From a virus, in the IMG/VR virus record IMGVR_UViG_3300029309_000005, positions 32,628 to 96,627 of that record: a stretch of DNA of 64,000 nt. One strand, written 5' to 3'. Each line of letters opens with the position of its first letter. Position 1 is the stretch's first letter. The translations under genes and the position numbers were made by a program. The notes under the pieces were generated by a model. It saw nothing but the letters and a program-made list of their open reading frames with translations, had not been told where the DNA came from and did not search any database. This document shows, piece by piece, positions 1-9,952 of the stretch.

Positions 1-81
1 CAAAACCCTTATGGGAAACAACAGTTCGGTTTGCCTAATGATAGCAAAGATGAAGATTGATTTCACTTTGGGGTGAACTAG

Positions 82-306
82 ATGTGGCCGTTCTCAACTG
101 CACAAGAGCGACAAACGGAAGCAATGTCGCAAATATTAGCAGAAAACGCATATGAAAGAAAAATGGAGAGGGTTGCTGGATGGGTAAGAACAATTACTGC
201 ACTAATTGGAGGAATCGCTTTGACATTTGGAATTTTATTTGGACTAGAAATCTTAGGAATATCACCTTCAGATGTATGGACTTTTATAACAAGCATAGGA
301 AACTGA
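82..306 (+). CDS. Small membrane protein (1 long hydrophobic segment)
   Basis: Hydrophobic stretch ITALIGGIALTFGILFGLEILGI; SD GGGGTGA upstream. Confidence 0.7.
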   Translation: MWPFSTAQERQTEAMSQILAENAYERKMERVAGWVRTITALIGGIALTFGILFGLEILGISPSDVWTFITSIGN

Positions 307-319
307 AGGGGGTAACTCT

Positions 320-1051
320 TTGTCTGCCTTGATTGCAGGGCATATGCTAATGGCATCAGCGTCTGCACTTTACTCACTTTACAGAATATTACGGCCTTTT
401 CGAGTAGGCATTTATGGCCCATCAATGGTTGGTAAAACAACTTTAGATCAGTATCTCACTGTGCCAGGAGATATTGATCCTATACCTTTTCATTTGAGAA
501 CTGCACATCCTAAAAGTAAAACAGCAACTGGTTATAAAAATCCCTCTGAAACCAGAAAACAGGTTCGTTTAGTCAAGGTCAAAAAGCCAATTACTACAAC
601 AGATATTGCAGGAGATGTGATGTTTCGTAATCTTTGGATAGATGATATGTTTGGTAGAAATGTTGAATTGGTAATGTTCATGGTTGATCATAGGGCAATG
701 ACATCACGACAGTTTGCTATGGATGCTTCTGCTAGTTTGTCATATTTGGTTGATAACATAGTAAAAAAAGACATCAGCAAAAAAATCTCCAGAAAGGCAA
801 AGAAAAATTCTAAAAAATATGTTCCACGCTTATTTTGTTTGATGATAAATAAAATGGATATATGGTGGGATGAACGTGCTGAAGCGTTGTGGTCTTTAGG
901 TTTGCAGAAAGAGCATCCTATCGTTGCACCATTTAGAGATTCGTTAAAACGGTTGAGAAAAGCAGGTATTCGTGCAGAAGTAATGGCAATGTCATCTCAA
1001 CATGGAATTAATGTTGAAAAGAGTTTAATTGCATTATTGGATTCTTTGTAG
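320..1051 (+). CDS. Small Ras-superfamily (Arf/Arl-like) GTPase
   Basis: G1 GPSMVGKT, G3 DIAG followed by FRNLW, strand VMFMVD, G4 NKMD, G5-like MSSQHG; N-terminal hydrophobic/amphipathic helix. Confidence 0.85.
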   Translation: MSALIAGHMLMASASALYSLYRILRPFRVGIYGPSMVGKTTLDQYLTVPGDIDPIPFHLRTAHPKSKTATGYKNPSETRKQVRLVKVKKPITTTDIAGDVMFRNLWIDDMFGRNVELVMFMVDHRAMTSRQFAMDASASLSYLVDNIVKKDISKKISRKAKKNSKKYVPRLFCLMINKMDIWWDERAEALWSLGLQKEHPIVAPFRDSLKRLRKAGIRAEVMAMSSQHGINVEKSLIALLDSL

Positions 1052-2048
1052 GATAACGCTTATGGGGGTGTTAGGCATGGCAGGGTTAATGGCGTGGAAT
1101 CCCCAAGTTCTAAATCCGATGTCATATTTGCCATATCAAAGAGGTCTAAAATTACAAGGACTTGATGATGAGCAATTAAAGTTGGTATCACAGCAAACTG
1201 GCATTTCATATGAGTTATTGAAATCTCAACAACGTGCGGAGATGGCAAGTGCTGGTTCAACTGGAGATATAGGTGAAGAACAACTTATGCCTACTGTTGA
1301 AATACAGTTGAAATCTAATCCTAAAAATCCTAAGAAGGCTAGAAAGCAAAATATCAAGATGCTGAGAAAGGCTTTGAGGCCACCAAATTATAATTTAGGA
1401 TTTTTCAAAATATACCGCTACAATGCAGCGCATGAATGTGCTTGCTGCGGAGTCGATATTCGCAGATTTTTAGAGGGCGATAACGCTTATGCACATATTG
1501 TTGACGAAAGCACCGGACTTTCCTTAGCAGATATTTATTGGTTCGATGAAGAAACTGGAAACGCTAGAAAGCCATTGGCAAGGACTCATGGCGATCACGG
1601 TGATGAAATGAACAGTTCTCTATGTCCTGCACATCTTCACATTTATCATACTCTAAAATCTTTAATTCAAGAGCATGAAATGGCAGAAGAAGGATTTAGT
1701 CGCATTGCTTCAAAAGGAACTAAATTTACCAAAATACCTGGAATGAGTGCTTTGATGAAAGGTAACTCTCCTAAAAATAGAAGCACAGCAGAATCATTGT
1801 TAAAGTATGAGCCATTTTTTGCTATGGTTCACAAAGATGCACAACATAGCAAAGGTGTTCAATTAACACAATTGCCAAATCCTGTAACTGGAGTAGTAGA
1901 TATTGTGCAAGTCACTTTTGATTTGAGAGCATTACAAGCAGAATCACAAATGGCACAAAGAAATGCTATGGCAAACGGCATTTCTATGCAAACTGCTATG
2001 AACGCACAGGCTTTGCCACAACAAGAGGCTACAATTCAACAACAGTAG
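1029..2048 (+). CDS. Hypothetical protein with putative Zn-binding Cys/His cluster and Q-rich tail (likely start 1077)
   Basis: CACC...CPAH motif; long ORF with GGGGGTG SD before ATG 1077. Confidence 0.65.
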   Translation: MHYWILCRITLMGVLGMAGLMAWNPQVLNPMSYLPYQRGLKLQGLDDEQLKLVSQQTGISYELLKSQQRAEMASAGSTGDIGEEQLMPTVEIQLKSNPKNPKKARKQNIKMLRKALRPPNYNLGFFKIYRYNAAHECACCGVDIRRFLEGDNAYAHIVDESTGLSLADIYWFDEETGNARKPLARTHGDHGDEMNSSLCPAHLHIYHTLKSLIQEHEMAEEGFSRIASKGTKFTKIPGMSALMKGNSPKNRSTAESLLKYEPFFAMVHKDAQHSKGVQLTQLPNPVTGVVDIVQVTFDLRALQAESQMAQRNAMANGISMQTAMNAQALPQQEATIQQQ

Positions 2049-2056
2049 GTGATAAT

Positions 2057-2662
2057 ATGGGCTGGTTTAGCAAAAATGACAATACAAGCACACAATTTGG
2101 CTCTCCAACGCAAAATCTGAGTCAAACAAACGGAATGAGCATGGATAATGGCATTTTGGGTATGCAAGCAGCCCAAAACCCAATGATGCAACAAATGGCA
2201 AACGATCCAATTACTGCTACTGCCCGTTTGCTTGAATTAAATGACCCAGTTGCTCAATTTATTGTTTCACAAAATATAGGTTTGCTTATGGATTTGGTTG
2301 GAGAGGTAGTTCGATTATCTATCAAAGAATTCTTTACCAGTATCACCTTTACACAAGCGGAAGATGGTAAAATTACACTTGACCAATCATCATTACCAGC
2401 GTCAATAAATACACTGTCTCCTGAAAATCTAGGTTTGACAATGACAAAACTACAATCTTCTGCACAACAAACTCTTGCTAACAATGCAAACCAAAGGCAG
2501 ATGTTTTTACAAGCACATAATATGGGGATGTCAATGAATCCTCAAACGCAACCAGGGTTCTTTGGTGCGTTGCTAGGTAATGTGCTTGGAAATCAAGTCC
2601 AGCAACAGGGCGGCTTTGGTCAAACTGCTGCAAAAGTAGGAATGGGGGCTGCGGTCTTATGA
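2057..2662 (+). CDS. Hypothetical Q/M/G-rich protein with amphipathic C-terminus
   Basis: AGGTGA SD; PGFFGALLGNVLG and KVGMGAAVL Gly-rich amphipathic segments. Confidence 0.7.
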   Translation: MGWFSKNDNTSTQFGSPTQNLSQTNGMSMDNGILGMQAAQNPMMQQMANDPITATARLLELNDPVAQFIVSQNIGLLMDLVGEVVRLSIKEFFTSITFTQAEDGKITLDQSSLPASINTLSPENLGLTMTKLQSSAQQTLANNANQRQMFLQAHNMGMSMNPQTQPGFFGALLGNVLGNQVQQQGGFGQTAAKVGMGAAVL

Positions 2663-2904
2663 ATGCCAGAGATAAACAACCAGAGCAAGCAAATATCTAC
2701 AATGCCACAGGCATGATTATGAGTCCAAACAAAATGTTAGTTGAAAGTGCTACAATGATTTTTATTATTTCATTTATGCTTGCCATGTTTGTTATGCTTG
2801 TTTGGAGAGGTTCTTCACTTTCATCAACACAAGTTCTGATGGGTGCTTTTGGATTAATTTTTACCTTTGGGATAGCAGTTAGACAATTTGCCTCTTTTCG
2901 GTAG
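2659..2904 (+). CDS. Small 2-TM membrane protein (holin-like topology)
   Basis: Two hydrophobic helices; ATGA overlap with the upstream gene. Confidence 0.65.
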   Translation: MNARDKQPEQANIYNATGMIMSPNKMLVESATMIFIISFMLAMFVMLVWRGSSLSSTQVLMGAFGLIFTFGIAVRQFASFR

Positions 2905-2915
2905 CCTCATCGGGA

Positions 2916-3143
2916 ATGAGGCGGTTTAATCCTCTACCGTATAGTCCTTTGCTGACTAAATTTGATCAAGACGGTGATGGTGATTTTGATTTTGATGATA
3001 TTAAGATAATATTAGGCAAAAAGAAAGAGCAAAAAGAAACTTGTATTGCGATTACAAAATCTGGTAAAAGGTGTAAGCGGCAAGGTAATTTAGATGAAAA
3101 TAACTTGTGTTATACCCATAGAAACTATGACAAAGCCAATTAA
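2916..3143 (+). CDS. Small protein with EF-hand-like loop and C3H Zn finger
   Basis: DQDGDGDFDFDD; CIAITKSGKRCKR...LCYTH. Confidence 0.6.
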   Translation: MRRFNPLPYSPLLTKFDQDGDGDFDFDDIKIILGKKKEQKETCIAITKSGKRCKRQGNLDENNLCYTHRNYDKAN

Positions 3144-3165
3144 GTCAAGAAGGATGCGGTAATTT

Positions 3166-3873
3166 ATGGCTGGTCGGCAGACACGCAAAAACTGTCCGTT
3201 TTGCCAGCACCCTGAAAGAGATTTACTCGAACAAAAAATCCTAGAAGGTTCATTAGATGTTCAAGACTGTGATAGGCAACATCAATGGGCTGAAGGAACA
3301 ACTCACAGACACATGCGGAGGCATTCTGGAGAATATTACAATAACAGTAATTCTTCATGCCCTATATGCACAGATCCAAATCGTGCAGATATTGAAGCAG
3401 CCATTTTAGAAGGTAGAGCAGGTATAGATGATTTCGCTGTTGAGTTAGGTATTGCTAGTAGCACAGTGTCAAATCACATGGAAAAACATACAAAACCAAT
3501 CATTCAACAACATGTAGATATTCAAGCCTTACCTAATGCTATGAAAACAGTTCATGAGTCGTTAAGTCGTGTTGAAACTAATATGAACCGTTTAGATAAA
3601 TTATTAGGGAGAGTTCTCGATCATGTTGAAAATCAATTTGATGATGAACAAGAGGTTGTTGAAATGCGTGATGTTGAAACTGCATTGAAGGTTCATCGTG
3701 AAGTTCGAGATACTTTAGTTGAGTTAGCAAAATGGATGGAGAAGGCAGAAACCATTGAAGATAAACAATCGGTTTCTATTCTAAACGTATTACAACAATT
3801 TTATTCTGAAAAATCACCCCAAGAATGGGCTGAATTAAAAAAGCGTCTTGTTGCATCGGGGGTGATGAGTTGA
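3166..3873 (+). CDS. Probable terminase small subunit (tandem Zn-binding/HTH repeats plus coiled coil)
   Basis: Two repeats of CxxC-x-[HD]P-x-R..[LI]E..ILEG...HMxxH followed by a helical oligomerisation-like region; upstream of TerL. Confidence 0.5.
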   Translation: MAGRQTRKNCPFCQHPERDLLEQKILEGSLDVQDCDRQHQWAEGTTHRHMRRHSGEYYNNSNSSCPICTDPNRADIEAAILEGRAGIDDFAVELGIASSTVSNHMEKHTKPIIQQHVDIQALPNAMKTVHESLSRVETNMNRLDKLLGRVLDHVENQFDDEQEVVEMRDVETALKVHREVRDTLVELAKWMEKAETIEDKQSVSILNVLQQFYSEKSPQEWAELKKRLVASGVMS

Positions 3874-4310
3874 GAACAGTTCATCAGTTGATGCTCAAAG
3901 ATTTGCCTACTCATCATAGTATTTTATCTAATAACAAAGCAAAAGATTTGTGGAGTATAGATGATTTGTTAGCATACACTAATTCTGTTGATGTAGTTGT
4001 AAAGCGTTGGGCTGAAGCGGTTGAAGAACATTTAGAATATCCCGAAAGCATAGTTGCAGACATACTAGGTTCGCTAATAGTTACAAGACTTTTGATTAGT
4101 GATTTGAAGATATTAAAACATAAACCAAATGCTGAGTGTATATCTTTGTTAGATGGCACACAGATAATTACTGACTTAAAACAAAAAATGTTGCCAATGT
4201 CAAAATCTTATGCACGTGTTCCTTCGTTAGCACAATGGTATATGACTTTAGCAAGTGAAATTGATACAGCGTATCGCTCAATTCGTAGGAGGTTAAAAGA
4301 TGGTAGTTAG
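3870..4310 (+). CDS. Hypothetical protein
   Basis: Translationally coupled to both neighbours; GGGGTGA SD. Confidence 0.65.
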   Translation: MRTVHQLMLKDLPTHHSILSNNKAKDLWSIDDLLAYTNSVDVVVKRWAEAVEEHLEYPESIVADILGSLIVTRLLISDLKILKHKPNAECISLLDGTQIITDLKQKMLPMSKSYARVPSLAQWYMTLASEIDTAYRSIRRRLKDGS

Positions 4311-5850
4311 CAATCCTAGAGAACCCCTTATTTGGACTCCACGAACTCAAGAAATGATGGGAGGTTTCAATCCACGTGAAGTTTTAGACCATGACATTAA
4401 CCCTAATGAGGATAGTGATGGTCTTTCACATCATGGTCGTGAAACTCCAGAGGATGGTCGTAGTCGTGATCAAGCAGACCCTAAAAAGCGAAGGGAGAGA
4501 GCGTTAAGTGAATTGGCTGCAAAAATACCTCACGTTAGTATCAAACCACAGAAGATTGATGATGTATTAGGAAGATCACCACAGTTTGAACAGGAACAGA
4601 CTATGCTTGAAGCAGGTATTGGACTTGATTTGAACAGAAATGGAATTGGTTTATCGAATGGAATGAATGCTGGTTCTGTTAGAACAGAGGGGCCGAATGT
4701 CAGATACGGTATGAGTAATACTCTAGTTCCAGCGATGTTAGGTAAAGCAGAAGAAGGAGGCTCGCCTGAACTTCCTACATGTAAAAACTGTGGTTATAAA
4801 ATGGGAATCGCTAGATATGCAAGAGGAAAGGAATTATGCGTTGTGTGCGATCCAGAAATTCAAGACAAAGTTGAGGCAAAGGTTAGGAGAAATTTAGTTC
4901 CTAAACCTGTGCGTGAAATAGATTTTAACCCCGACCCAAATGAGCAATACGACCCAAGGTTTGGTGACACATCTAAATATCCAGAATTTACTGCAAGTGA
5001 GGACTCATTTACTTACGCTTGGGATAGCGTTCTAAAAGCAAAAAGGCGTTACAAAGGTCGTAGGATGTATGATGAGGAAGAATCCGATGAGGATGAGCGT
5101 AAATCAAAGGCCAAACGAAAGAGGTCAAAAAGACGCAAAGGTAAGACTCAGAAGAAGGGCGCACGTGGGGGTCGTCAAATAAAGTCAGCATCTAAAAGGA
5201 GGGCGAGTAGTGTTGCTTTAGATGTTGATCGTGGTTCAAAAAGACAAGCATTCCACCCTAATATCCATAGTGAAGCAGTTAGAAGAATAGGGTCTGGTCG
5301 AAATGAAGCGATACCTTTGCGGTTACGTGACCCCGTTGCATGGGAACGCAAAAAAGCAAATGAGAGAATGAGAAGGCAAGTTGGTTCAGTTCCGAGGGCT
5401 TTAAGATTATCACATCACGCAGACACTAGAGGCATGGGAACAAAAGGCCGTTCAATACTTGGAGGCACTATTGGAACCGGCACTAGAATGCCCTCAGTGA
5501 GTAGAATGGGAACATCAACATCTAAATTTTCAAGAGGTGCAGTTGGTGATCCTTTAGGCATTAACGACCCGTTAGTTGCTAAAATGAATCTCCTTTCCAA
5601 ATCAAAACCTAACATTTCAAGGTCTGAGTTTATGGCTATGAAGCGTAAGATTGAGAAATTACTTCAACGGCTTAACAAATTGACAAAGGCTACCCCTGAA
5701 TTAGATAATGCAGGAAAAGTAGGTGCGGTTGTTAGCGGTCATGAATCGTCTGCACCAACTGGTGCAACAAAAACAAATGAGGAAGAAAAAGCATTCCGTT
5801 TTGTTGATATGGCTTTAGCACAGGAGATGGGTCTTATAGGCAAGAAGTGA
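4300..5850 (+). CDS. Basic multi-module head-associated protein with Zn ribbon and an internal FxxAWxxxxK motif
   Basis: CKNC...CVVC; FTYAWDSVLK; K/R-rich C-terminal half; several hydrophobic-x-K sites. Confidence 0.7.
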   Translation: MVVSNPREPLIWTPRTQEMMGGFNPREVLDHDINPNEDSDGLSHHGRETPEDGRSRDQADPKKRRERALSELAAKIPHVSIKPQKIDDVLGRSPQFEQEQTMLEAGIGLDLNRNGIGLSNGMNAGSVRTEGPNVRYGMSNTLVPAMLGKAEEGGSPELPTCKNCGYKMGIARYARGKELCVVCDPEIQDKVEAKVRRNLVPKPVREIDFNPDPNEQYDPRFGDTSKYPEFTASEDSFTYAWDSVLKAKRRYKGRRMYDEEESDEDERKSKAKRKRSKRRKGKTQKKGARGGRQIKSASKRRASSVALDVDRGSKRQAFHPNIHSEAVRRIGSGRNEAIPLRLRDPVAWERKKANERMRRQVGSVPRALRLSHHADTRGMGTKGRSILGGTIGTGTRMPSVSRMGTSTSKFSRGAVGDPLGINDPLVAKMNLLSKSKPNISRSEFMAMKRKIEKLLQRLNKLTKATPELDNAGKVGAVVSGHESSAPTGATKTNEEEKAFRFVDMALAQEMGLIGKK

Positions 5851-7703
5851 TTGTCATGCCGTTGATTGTTTTAGAAAACTATCTGATTCGTAAAGGGCAT
5901 GGTGTTTTCAATATACATGACTACATCAATGCTTTTCTAGGTAGTAATAATGTTGAAGAAGGTTATGCGTCTTTAATTAACTCGCATCACGATCTCAACC
6001 ATGATAGTTTTGCAGGTGTTGAAGCAGACGCTGTTAAACTTGCATTTGATTTACATTTAGGAGGGCTGACAGATCAAGATAGAGATATTCTAAATGCTGG
6101 AGAGGCAGCAAATCCTACTCTGTGGCATCAAACTTTTCAAAAAGCGGTCAATGCAGGTGCAGAGGAAATCAATAATTCTATCAAAAGACAGAACATGATT
6201 AATGCTGAAAGATCTGCACAAAGCGGAATTCCAACAAGGCAAATACCGTTGGCTTTTGAAAAAGATATGGGAAATTATGTTGCAGTAGCCGCTTGGAGAA
6301 CTCCAGTTTTAGGTAGAAAAGGCGAAGGAGATTTCAACAGTCAAGGTGCTTTGATTACTCAATATGTCAGTAAATTGAATGGTAAGCCGGAAGCATATGC
6401 AAGGCCATATCATAACGGCTTAACAGCATTGAGGCGTGAAAGAGCAGAGCAGATGGGTATTGATTTGAAAGGAGTTCCAAAAGCATCCGATGAAATTAAA
6501 CCTGGGCTATTACACGGAGATACAATCTATATTCGAGATAATAATTTAAGGTCTAAGTTTGCTTTGACTGTTCAAGGAATAAAACAAAGATACCCAAATG
6601 CTAATCCTGAAATGCTTCAAGGTATGGCTTTACAAGCATTGAGAAATCTACCGGAGTTTAACCAGTTTGCGGGTAATTCTCATAGCGATGGGTTACAAAT
6701 AGGAAACTTCTCAGATGCGGCAATGGAGGCTAGAGCCACTGATGAAAGATTCAATCAAGCAGATTCTTATGGTAATTTAATGAACTTTATTCACCCCAAT
6801 ATGAGAAACCATGCTATCAACAACACAACTGGGCATTCGTATTATCACAATGAGAATCCAAGCAAAAAAATGCTTTCAATGTATGAGGAACACTACGGGT
6901 GGGATGAAGAAACATCAAGGCGAGTTCATGAAAATGCTTATTCTGGAAAATATGACGGTGTGGGAATGAATCGTGCTGAAAAATTGATGGCTGCAAAGCG
7001 AGATGAATTGATGGCTGGCGGAAAGCCCCCTGAGTGGGCTGGAGAGGCAATTATGCCTAGAGACTCAGCGATAACATCCCCAGTCGAGCCAGCAGAGCCT
7101 TTGGCTCAGGATAGTCCAACTCCTGCACCGTTAGCAGCCCCTCCCCCTCCTACTACTCCTATTCAAGAGGCTGTATCATTACCCCCTCCTGTTCCTGTTC
7201 GTGCAGATCCACCGCCACCTCCGCCCAACCCAAGTGTAACAGGTGCGATTCCGGTTCCGGTTGCAGAAAAACCGCCTCCGCCCCCTATGCAGACCCTAAA
7301 CACTTATCCCTCAAATGTTCCTCCCTCTCAAAATACGGGGCGAGGCTTTTTGGATAACCTAATGACTAGACTTGGTTATGCGTATGAAACATTATTCCCT
7401 AGTTATCGCAAATCTGAAGATGCTGAAGCATCAGATGTATTGAAGGAAATGCTTGAAAATGTTCAGTTAGAACTCGCTAAGTCAGCACTCCCTTACTCTC
7501 CACTATATCAACCAAATAGTGTTAGAAAATCATCATCCATTGCTTCGATAAATGATGTATCAATGGTCGCTCAAAGAATGAATAGACCAAACTCTGATAT
7601 AATTTCCATATTCCATAGCCGAGGCGATTGGGAGAGTATAGCGAAATCTTTTGGATTGACACATCAAGACGTGCAGTATGTGAAGGTGATTTTTAATGAG
7701 TGA
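5847..7703 (+). CDS. Large Pro-rich hypothetical protein, putative internal virion protein
   Basis: 618 aa ORF with a poly-Pro linker, HTH-like C-terminus and IRKG/YRKS/LAKS/VRKS sites. Confidence 0.7.
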   Translation: MIVMPLIVLENYLIRKGHGVFNIHDYINAFLGSNNVEEGYASLINSHHDLNHDSFAGVEADAVKLAFDLHLGGLTDQDRDILNAGEAANPTLWHQTFQKAVNAGAEEINNSIKRQNMINAERSAQSGIPTRQIPLAFEKDMGNYVAVAAWRTPVLGRKGEGDFNSQGALITQYVSKLNGKPEAYARPYHNGLTALRRERAEQMGIDLKGVPKASDEIKPGLLHGDTIYIRDNNLRSKFALTVQGIKQRYPNANPEMLQGMALQALRNLPEFNQFAGNSHSDGLQIGNFSDAAMEARATDERFNQADSYGNLMNFIHPNMRNHAINNTTGHSYYHNENPSKKMLSMYEEHYGWDEETSRRVHENAYSGKYDGVGMNRAEKLMAAKRDELMAGGKPPEWAGEAIMPRDSAITSPVEPAEPLAQDSPTPAPLAAPPPPTTPIQEAVSLPPPVPVRADPPPPPPNPSVTGAIPVPVAEKPPPPPMQTLNTYPSNVPPSQNTGRGFLDNLMTRLGYAYETLFPSYRKSEDAEASDVLKEMLENVQLELAKSALPYSPLYQPNSVRKSSSIASINDVSMVAQRMNRPNSDIISIFHSRGDWESIAKSFGLTHQDVQYVKVIFNE

Positions 7704-8649
7704 TGATTTAGTATTGAGAGCAAGATTAGTTCAGCAAGGATATTCGGATGATGATATTGTCAAAGTCTTAGGTATGTCACAACTTCCAGGTGGCGGTATA
7801 ACATCATACATTCCAGGTGTTGGGGGAATGTTGCATCGGAAGAAAACTGGAATGTCAAAGGATGAATACAACAAACAAGTTGAAGCAGAAAAGGCTAGAA
7901 AGCAACAAATTGCGAGAAACAGAACAACTGATGCAATTCAATCGAAAGGTGGCATTAACGTATTGAGTTCAGAAGCACCGGCAATGGGGGGAACAGCAAA
8001 TATAGGGGCTGGCAAGCAAACATTTACAGAAATCGGACAACAACAGGTCGAGGCAAATGCACCAGCAGCACCAACACCGGCAGCACCAGCAGCAGCACCA
8101 GCAGCAGCACCAGCACCGGCAGCACCAGCACCGGCAGCACCAGCACCGGCAGCACCAGCACCGGCAGCACCAGAACCAGCAGCAGCAGCACCAGCACCAG
8201 CAACTATGGATGAGAAAGTGCAACAAACAAATCAACAAATGAATCAACAAATGCCACAAGCAGCAACAGTAAACCCTCAAATTCAATCAATGGCTCAACA
8301 ATTCCAAGCAGGACAGGATATGCAAACTCTCCAACAAGGAAAAGGTGCAAATCAACAAACTTATCTTCAAAATCGTTCTGGTGCAGGAAAATTGGCAGAT
8401 GCTCTAACTTTTGGTTTGACTAGAAATATTGGTAGCACAGGTGGAACAGCAAGACGTAGGGCAAACGAACAATCAGCACAGCAAACTAAAAATTACCAAT
8501 CAGCACAGAATCGTATGAATCAAAGAGCAATGGGGATGGCCCCTGTAATGACTTCTTTAGATTCTAAATTATCTGCTTATGCTGATATGCTTTCTATCAA
8601 AAAAGGTGTTCAAGAGCAAAACACTACTGTTAATCTAAGAAGGAGATGA
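7696..8649 (+). CDS. Low-complexity Ala/Pro/Gln-rich protein, putative internal virion protein
   Basis: PAPAA repeats, Q-rich; AGGTGA SD. Confidence 0.7.
   Translation: MSDDLVLRARLVQQGYSDDDIVKVLGMSQLPGGGITSYIPGVGGMLHRKKTGMSKDEYNKQVEAEKARKQQIARNRTTDAIQSKGGINVLSSEAPAMGGTANIGAGKQTFTEIGQQQVEANAPAAPTPAAPAAAPAAAPAPAAPAPAAPAPAAPAPAAPEPAAAAPAPATMDEKVQQTNQQMNQQMPQAATVNPQIQSMAQQFQAGQDMQTLQQGKGANQQTYLQNRSGAGKLADALTFGLTRNIGSTGGTARRRANEQSAQQTKNYQSAQNRMNQRAMGMAPVMTSLDSKLSAYADMLSIKKGVQEQNTTVNLRRR
8058..8203 (+). repeat. Coding tandem repeat (GCACCAGCA/GCACCGGCA units) encoding an Ala-Pro linker
   Basis: Directly visible imperfect tandem repeat. Confidence 0.9.
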
Positions 8650-8653
8650 TAAC

Positions 8654-9952
8654 TTGTCTGAGCGTAATGCAGCAATTGATTTTATTTACAATAAAGCATT
8701 TCGAGATGGCCGTAGGCAAAAGGCCCAACAAAGATTTCAGAGGGGAAATGAGCGTTTAGCCTCCACGCTTGCACCTATGGGGGCAAATGTAAGGACATTC
8801 ATTCCTGAAGTTGCTTCTGCGCCTCCAAGCACCAATCCATCGGATTCACCTAATAACTTTGCTGATGACGTTACTACGGAGGATGATGAATCGACCCTTT
8901 TTGATGAAAGCCGAGCGTTAGCGGAACCGAAACAGGTTCCTATGTTACCAGCCCCTGGCGAATCATCACATGTTAGTAATCAACCAGTGGAGGAAACTGC
9001 TTCCTCTCCCCCAAATTACGATGATCCATTGAATGATATAATTGATTCTAATATGATAGATCCTGCTGGATTTGGGCAAGGCCCACCGCCCCCTCCAAAA
9101 CTTAATGATGATACAACAAGCCAAGATTCATCTGGCGTGATGGATAAAAAAGAATATAATGCGAAATTAAATGCAAAATACGATGAATTAGTAGAAAATG
9201 TGAAACAAAAAATGCGGAATAAAATAATCGGTCTAAGAGAAGGCACACAGATGTTAGCAGACTTGATGGACTCACGCAAAGCCAATATTCTAGCACCTAC
9301 ATTACCTGATATAAAGGATTTGCCAGTAGGCAGAGAAATACCGCCTCCAATGGAACTGCCACCAGTAAAGAATGTTGGTGAAAGGACTCCATCAGGAGAA
9401 CCTGTCAAGCCGGTAGAAGAACCTGCTGAACCTGCTGAACCTGCTGAACCTGCTGAACCTGCTGAACCTGCTGAACCTGTTGAACCTGTTGATGAATCGT
9501 TTGAAACAGCGTATGAGGAAATGACTAAACCGGAAGAAACACCAAAACCAAAAACACCAAAACCAGATCCAAAGGTTGCTAAAGTAGCATCAAAAGCAAT
9601 CAAACCTAAAACTGAATCTGATACAGAAGTTCCTTATTCCGAATACAGTAAGGCTATACAAGGGGCTATGAGAGGAAATGAAAAATCATTAGAATGGATA
9701 AAAAAACATCCAGATGCAGTTAAACAATATTCTGGTAATGACGGATTGCCTAAAAGAATCTTAGACTATCTTGGACTCAAAGGTGCAATGGCTATGCGTG
9801 ATAATACAGCAAAGAAAAAGAAAAAAACGATTACATCTCCCAAAAAGAAGGCTACATCAAAGGGCAAAAAAAAGTTAGAGGCTGCTGCTAAAAAACTTGA
9901 TAATGATGCAGAAGCAGCAATGAGTGGCAAAGCACCTAATAAGAAAGAGTAG
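8654..9952 (+). CDS. Low-complexity acidic/Pro-rich protein with basic C-terminus
   Basis: EPA repeats; K-rich tail; immediately upstream of TerL. Confidence 0.7.
   Translation: MSERNAAIDFIYNKAFRDGRRQKAQQRFQRGNERLASTLAPMGANVRTFIPEVASAPPSTNPSDSPNNFADDVTTEDDESTLFDESRALAEPKQVPMLPAPGESSHVSNQPVEETASSPPNYDDPLNDIIDSNMIDPAGFGQGPPPPPKLNDDTTSQDSSGVMDKKEYNAKLNAKYDELVENVKQKMRNKIIGLREGTQMLADLMDSRKANILAPTLPDIKDLPVGREIPPPMELPPVKNVGERTPSGEPVKPVEEPAEPAEPAEPAEPAEPAEPVEPVDESFETAYEEMTKPEETPKPKTPKPDPKVAKVASKAIKPKTESDTEVPYSEYSKAIQGAMRGNEKSLEWIKKHPDAVKQYSGNDGLPKRILDYLGLKGAMAMRDNTAKKKKKTITSPKKKATSKGKKKLEAAAKKLDNDAEAAMSGKAPNKKE
9419..9490 (+). repeat. 9-bp tandem repeat GAACCTGCT x6 plus GAACCTGTT x2 (EPA/EPV)
   Basis: Directly visible. 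Confidence 0.95.

Noticed and set aside
7969-8286. Cys/Trp-rich antisense ORF (CWCCRCW...) and His/Gln-rich alternate-frame ORF 8057-8242
   Set aside because: Shadows of the GCACCAGCA repeat in the real Ala/Pro-rich gene 7696-8649
8058-9490. Tandem repeats as a possible CRISPR array or origin
   Set aside because: Units are 9-15 bp, in frame, lack unique spacers and encode linkers
9016-9603. 195-aa antisense ORF with GSA repeats
   Set aside because: Reverse complement of the EPA repeat in 8654-9952; no independent signal
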